Source: Methanobacteriota archaeon (GTDB lineage: Archaea; Thermoplasmatota; Poseidoniia; Poseidoniales; Thalassarchaeaceae). Taken from it: a stretch of DNA of 64,000 bases. Under the pieces are notes generated by a model. That model was not told the DNA's origin and ran no database searches. It saw nothing but the letters and a program-made list of their open reading frames with translations. The stretch covers positions 1,097 through 65,096 of the forward strand of contig BPDA01000004.1 in assembly GCA_019654055.1 (NCBI GenBank), read 5' to 3'. Position numbers and translations under genes: made by a program. Numbering within the stretch: the first letter of the stretch is position 1; each line of letters begins with the position of its first letter. Positions 60,763 to 64,000 of this stretch are shown here, one piece after another.

Positions 60763-62244
60763 ATGGTGTCTGTGGAACAGGTTGTCCTAGCCGTATTCGT
60801 AGTATCTTTCGTACTCATTCTGTCAGAGTACCTCCACCGTACCATCGCGGCTTGGTTTGGTGTTGTTTGCATGCTCTTCCTTGGCCTATCAACGGGCGTC
60901 TTTGAGTTGTGTGAGACGGTGGCCCTCGGCCCCGATGGGGAATATACATCCTCCATTTTCCACCATCTGGGTTTTGATTCAACCGCAACGTATGGTGAGA
61001 TTTGTCACCATTCTCTAGAATCTCTAATGTTGAGTTGGATACACTTTGATGTCATCGGTCTACTATTGGGGATGATGATTTTCGCCGCGCTACTAGAAAT
61101 CTCAGGATTCTTTGAGTATGTCGCTGTTAGAGCAGCAAAAATGTCGGGTGGAGACCCTTGGAAGCTGGTTGTTTATCTGGGGACATTTACAACATTAATC
61201 TCGTTAGTGATTGACAATGTTACAGCCATCATCATCATCGCTCCGGTGACATTGAGGATTTGTCAGAAATTGGAGATCAACCCAATCCCTCCACTTCTTG
61301 CTGAAGCGATTCTTTCTGATACCGGAGGGGTGGCATCCATGGTGGGTGATCCGCCTAATATCATGATTGCTAGTCAAGCCAGTGGTATGGATGAATTGGC
61401 ATCACTATTCGGATTCAATGGTTTCTTGATCCGTCTGGGTATTTTGACATTCTTTGCTTGGGTTGCCACGTTAGGATATCTCCGATACTACTACCGTGAT
61501 TGGCGTGAATCTAAGCCGGCCAACGTTGAAGCAATCTTGGAAGAAGATGAGTGGGATTGCATTGAACATCCATTGTTGATGAAGACAACACTATGGATTC
61601 TAGGTGCCACAGTTGTCATGTTCTCGGCAACTGAATTTTTACACCTCCATGTCGAGATTCATGCTTTGGCCCTTGCAGGTGCTGGAGTGGCTCTAGTCGC
61701 CGCCCGCCCCGAAGACCACGAAATGCGGCATGGACTCATTCACTCAATCAGTGAAAAGGTGGAATGGCATGCACTTCTGTTCTTCGCCGGCCTCTTCATG
61801 CTGGTCGGTGCAGTGGGCAATGTGGGATATCTTCAAATGCTTGCAGAATGGATTTTCGATACATTCGGCAGCGATCCAGTGATGCTTGCAGTAGCAATCA
61901 TTTGGGTGTCTGCTATATCCAGTGCGATTATCGATAATATTCCGTTCACTGCGGCTATGATTCCAGTAATTGTCTTTGTCGGCGCGAAATCGGCAGAAGA
62001 AGGCAACCCAATTGATCTTGCACCATTATTCTGGGCTCTTGCTATGGGTGCCGGCTTTGGTGGAAATGCGACTCCAATCGGGTCCAGTGCCAATGTTATG
62101 ACTGTCTCAATTAGTGAGCGTGGACCCAATCCAATCACCACTAAGGAATGGATGCGTGTAGGTTTCCCTGTGATGATAATTACCTGTATTGTTGCAACGA
62201 TTTTCATGGTAATTTTCCACGGTACGCTGTATTCGTCTCTTTGA
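60763..62244 (+). CDS. ArsB/NhaD-superfamily (citrate-transporter-like) anion permease
   Basis: About 12 hydrophobic helices. Family strings FTTLISLVIDNVTAIIIIAPVT, LSDTGGVASMVGDPPNIMIA, SAISSAIIDNIPFTAAMIP and GGNATPIGSSANV. ATG at 60763 is preferred over 60622, which overlaps the yhbY-like gene. Markedly lower G+C than the flanks. Confidence 0.8.
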   Translation: MVSVEQVVLAVFVVSFVLILSEYLHRTIAAWFGVVCMLFLGLSTGVFELCETVALGPDGEYTSSIFHHLGFDSTATYGEICHHSLESLMLSWIHFDVIGLLLGMMIFAALLEISGFFEYVAVRAAKMSGGDPWKLVVYLGTFTTLISLVIDNVTAIIIIAPVTLRICQKLEINPIPPLLAEAILSDTGGVASMVGDPPNIMIASQASGMDELASLFGFNGFLIRLGILTFFAWVATLGYLRYYYRDWRESKPANVEAILEEDEWDCIEHPLLMKTTLWILGATVVMFSATEFLHLHVEIHALALAGAGVALVAARPEDHEMRHGLIHSISEKVEWHALLFFAGLFMLVGAVGNVGYLQMLAEWIFDTFGSDPVMLAVAIIWVSAISSAIIDNIPFTAAMIPVIVFVGAKSAEEGNPIDLAPLFWALAMGAGFGGNATPIGSSANVMTVSISERGPNPITTKEWMRVGFPVMIITCIVATIFMVIFHGTLYSSL

Positions 62245-62300
62245 CGAGTCCCATCTAGCTCTTCCGACAGCGTGAAGCGTGAAATCCCACAGCGGGCAGC

Positions 62301-62627
62301 GTGTACGAGTGTCCGATTTGCGGATTGGTCTCATCGGGAACCTCCTCGTGCCCAGCGTGTGGGAGTGACGAGAAACCTCCTACCGCTGAAAGGGAAAACG
62401 CCCCTGCAGGAGGAGTGCCAGCCGAGGAACCACCAGCCCTACCCTTCGGCTTGGATGGCGGAGCCCCCTCCGCCCCATCCTCGGACATTCCATTCGACAT
62501 AGGGGAGGCGCCTCCGAGCGATTCTCCCGAGGCCCTAGCATTCGGCCTCGAGGAGATTCCAGAAGAACTGGCCGATTCTCCGCTGGCATTCGGTCTGGAG
62601 GACATGCCAGAAGAGTCTGAGGACTGA
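62301..62627 (+). CDS. Small zinc-ribbon protein with acidic tail carrying four h-x-F-(G/D)-(L/I)-(D/E/G) repeats
   Basis: GTG start. YECPICGLVSSGTSSCPACG (CxxC-x10-CxxC), then LPFGLDG, IPFDIGE, LAFGLEE and LAFGLED in a Pro/Glu/Asp-rich tail. Confidence 0.55.
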   Translation: MYECPICGLVSSGTSSCPACGSDEKPPTAERENAPAGGVPAEEPPALPFGLDGGAPSAPSSDIPFDIGEAPPSDSPEALAFGLEEIPEELADSPLAFGLEDMPEESED

Positions 62628-62646
62628 CTCCGAATCAGCCTCTCAC

Positions 62647-62664
62647 CGCCCCCTTTAGGGGGCG
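62647..62664 (+). terminator. GC-rich hairpin downstream of the zinc-ribbon gene
   Basis: CGCCCCC-TTTA-GGGGGCG: a perfect 7-bp stem with a 4-nt loop, 20 nt after the stop at 62625-62627. No T-tract follows, so terminator function is only a guess. Confidence 0.3.
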
Positions 62665-62844
62665 TGTGCACCCCGCTTAGTTCAAATACCAAAGGCAGGT
62701 CGCCCACCTGCATTTAGTGCGCCTTGGTACTTTCAGGTATCAGGGTAAGAGGTTGAGGCCGCCCCGCCCCGCGGGGAGACGAGGTGGCCTGAGAGACCTG
62801 AATTGATATGCCTGGACACCAGAGGACTCACAAAGGTGGGATTG

Positions 62845-64000
62845 TAGAAATCAAGATGCTACAACCCGACTGGGGGATGGCTCGGCTCGAGAGCCGAAGA
62901 AGGTCGTGACAAGCTGCGATAAGTTGCGGGGAGAGGCATGAATCTCTTGGATCCGCAAATTGCTGAATTGGACCTCCTGGCACTCTGTGCCATTCCTCAT
63001 TGAGGAAAGGGAACCTCCTGAACTGAAGCATCTCAGTAGGGAGAGGAAAAGAAATCAAACGAGATTCCGTTAGTAGTGGCGAATGAAAGCGGAACAGGAC
63101 AAACCGAATCTCCATGGGAAACCTTGGAGAGATGTGGGGTGAGGACCGTCTGTAGTCTAAGTGCAGGAAGTGGAAGTCGTCCTGGAACGGCGCACCACAG
63201 AGGGTGAAAGTCCCGTACACGTACTGCATATGACCAAGAGGCGGCTCCGGAGTAGCGTGCGTTGGATATCGCGCGTGAATATGGGAGGCAGAGACTTCCA
63301 ATCCTGAATACTACTCGAGACCGATAGTTGACAAGTAGCGTGAGCGAAAGCTGAAAAGTATCCTTAGCGGGATGTGAAAAGACCCTGAAACCAGTCGGGA
63401 ACAAGCTGAATAGGCGTGAAAGCGAAGATATGAGCAGCGTCTATTCGTGCGTTTCGAAAAATGCCCCTGGGAGTTCTGATCATTGGCGAGGTTAAGCAGT
63501 TGATCTGCGAAGCCGAAGGGAAACCGAAAGGTCCGCAGCCGCGTAAGCGGTCAGGGACTGGGTGAACTCGCCCGGAGTCAATGGTGGGAGACCTGAAGCC
63601 TATCGATCTATGCCTGGCCAGTCTGAAGCCCGACGAAAGTTGGGTGGAGGGACGAACCGTTGCTGATGTGCAAATCGCTCGGAAGAGTTGGGTATAGGGG
63701 TGAAAGTCCAATCGAGATGGGCAATAGCAGGTTCCGCGCGAGACTACTCGTAGGTAGACCTCCGTGAAGATGGAATGCGATGTAGAGCACTGATTGGGTA
63801 TTTAGGGGGAGCAATCCCTCGGTACGCTGTCAAACTCCAAAGTTGCATTCGTCGTAGAAGCGGGGAGTGAGCCACGGTGGGTAAGCTACCGTGACGAAAG
63901 GTGAAGAAACCAGCTCAGCGTTAAGGTCCCAAAATTTCAGTTAAGTGTTAATCACAAACGGCGTCCGTGGTCGAAGACAACCAGAAGGTGGGCTTAGAGG
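62845..64000 (+). rRNA. rrl: 23S (large subunit) rRNA, 5' part, running off the window; start approximate (+/- 30 nt)
   Basis: Domain I signatures: GGGGGATGGCTCGGCTCGAGAGCCGAAGAAGGTCGTGACAAGCTGCGATAAG (compare E. coli GGTGGATGCCCTGGCAGTCAGAGGCGATGAAGGACGTGCTAATCTGCGATAAG). Also CTGAACTGAAGCATCTCAGTAGGGAGAGGAAAAGAAATCAAACGAGATTCCGTTAGTAGTGGCGAATGAAAGCGGAACAGG. Stops occur in all frames; the ORF-track entries here are spurious. Confidence 0.93.

Noticed and set aside
62255-62713. A 152-aa minus-strand ORF opposite the zinc-ribbon gene.
   Set aside because: It is Ser/Gly/Pro/Ala-rich with low complexity and no motif. The plus-strand ORF has a clean CxxC...CxxC ribbon and repeated peptide motifs.
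62828-63814. Minus-strand ORFs of 115-157 aa at the right edge (62828..63301, 63033..63404, 63364..63711, 63608..63814).
   Set aside because: They overlap sequence that aligns by eye to conserved 23S rRNA domain I, so they are spurious ORFs within an rRNA gene.

Overview
High-GC archaeal chromosomal segment; most 60-nt lines I hand-counted are about 60-70% G+C. It holds about 40 genes. Archaeal hallmarks: CDP-archaeol synthase, AglB/STT3 oligosaccharyltransferase, archaeosine synthase ArcS, RNase P protein Rpp21, archaeal-type GluRS, PheRS beta, type II GAPDH and an S13e-type ribosomal protein uS15. One tRNA-Met(CAU) lies at 1664-1740. The first ~1.15 kb of a 23S rRNA gene lies at the right edge, with a protein gene upstream rather than a 16S gene or tRNA spacer, so the rRNA genes look unlinked. 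That arrangement, plus many giant Ca-binding and beta-helix surface proteins, suggests an uncultured marine Thermoplasmatota lineage such as Marine Group II; this is inference only. The housekeeping genes (purD, carS, aglB, dnaJ, arcS, rps15, gltX, rnhB, pheT, gap, adk, rpp21, yhbY-like) are interleaved with at least 11 large exported or membrane-anchored proteins. These include genes of 4.3, 4.8 and 5.7 kb and two subtilases, and most share one layout: signal peptide, huge ectodomain, one TM helix, acidic cytoplasmic tail. I saw no CRISPR array, transposase, integrase or phage genes. Caveat 1: many essential genes carry single-nucleotide frame breaks at homopolymer runs, which look like base-calling errors, so 'pseudogenes' here need read-level confirmation. 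Caveat 2: the 5.8 kb after the AglB core (11.7-17.5 kb) has a roughly tenfold higher density of frame breaks, so it may be truly decayed or hypervariable. Most interesting items: the extended and decayed AglB locus; a wHTH-STAND-TPR regulator between two giant surface genes; a 12-nt motif shared just downstream of both giant genes; a pyroglutamyl-peptidase/Nudix fusion; a tRNA-like acceptor/T-arm minihelix after rps15; a low-GC transporter islet beside the 23S gene; and a recurrent acidic-Tyr tail motif on the surface proteins.
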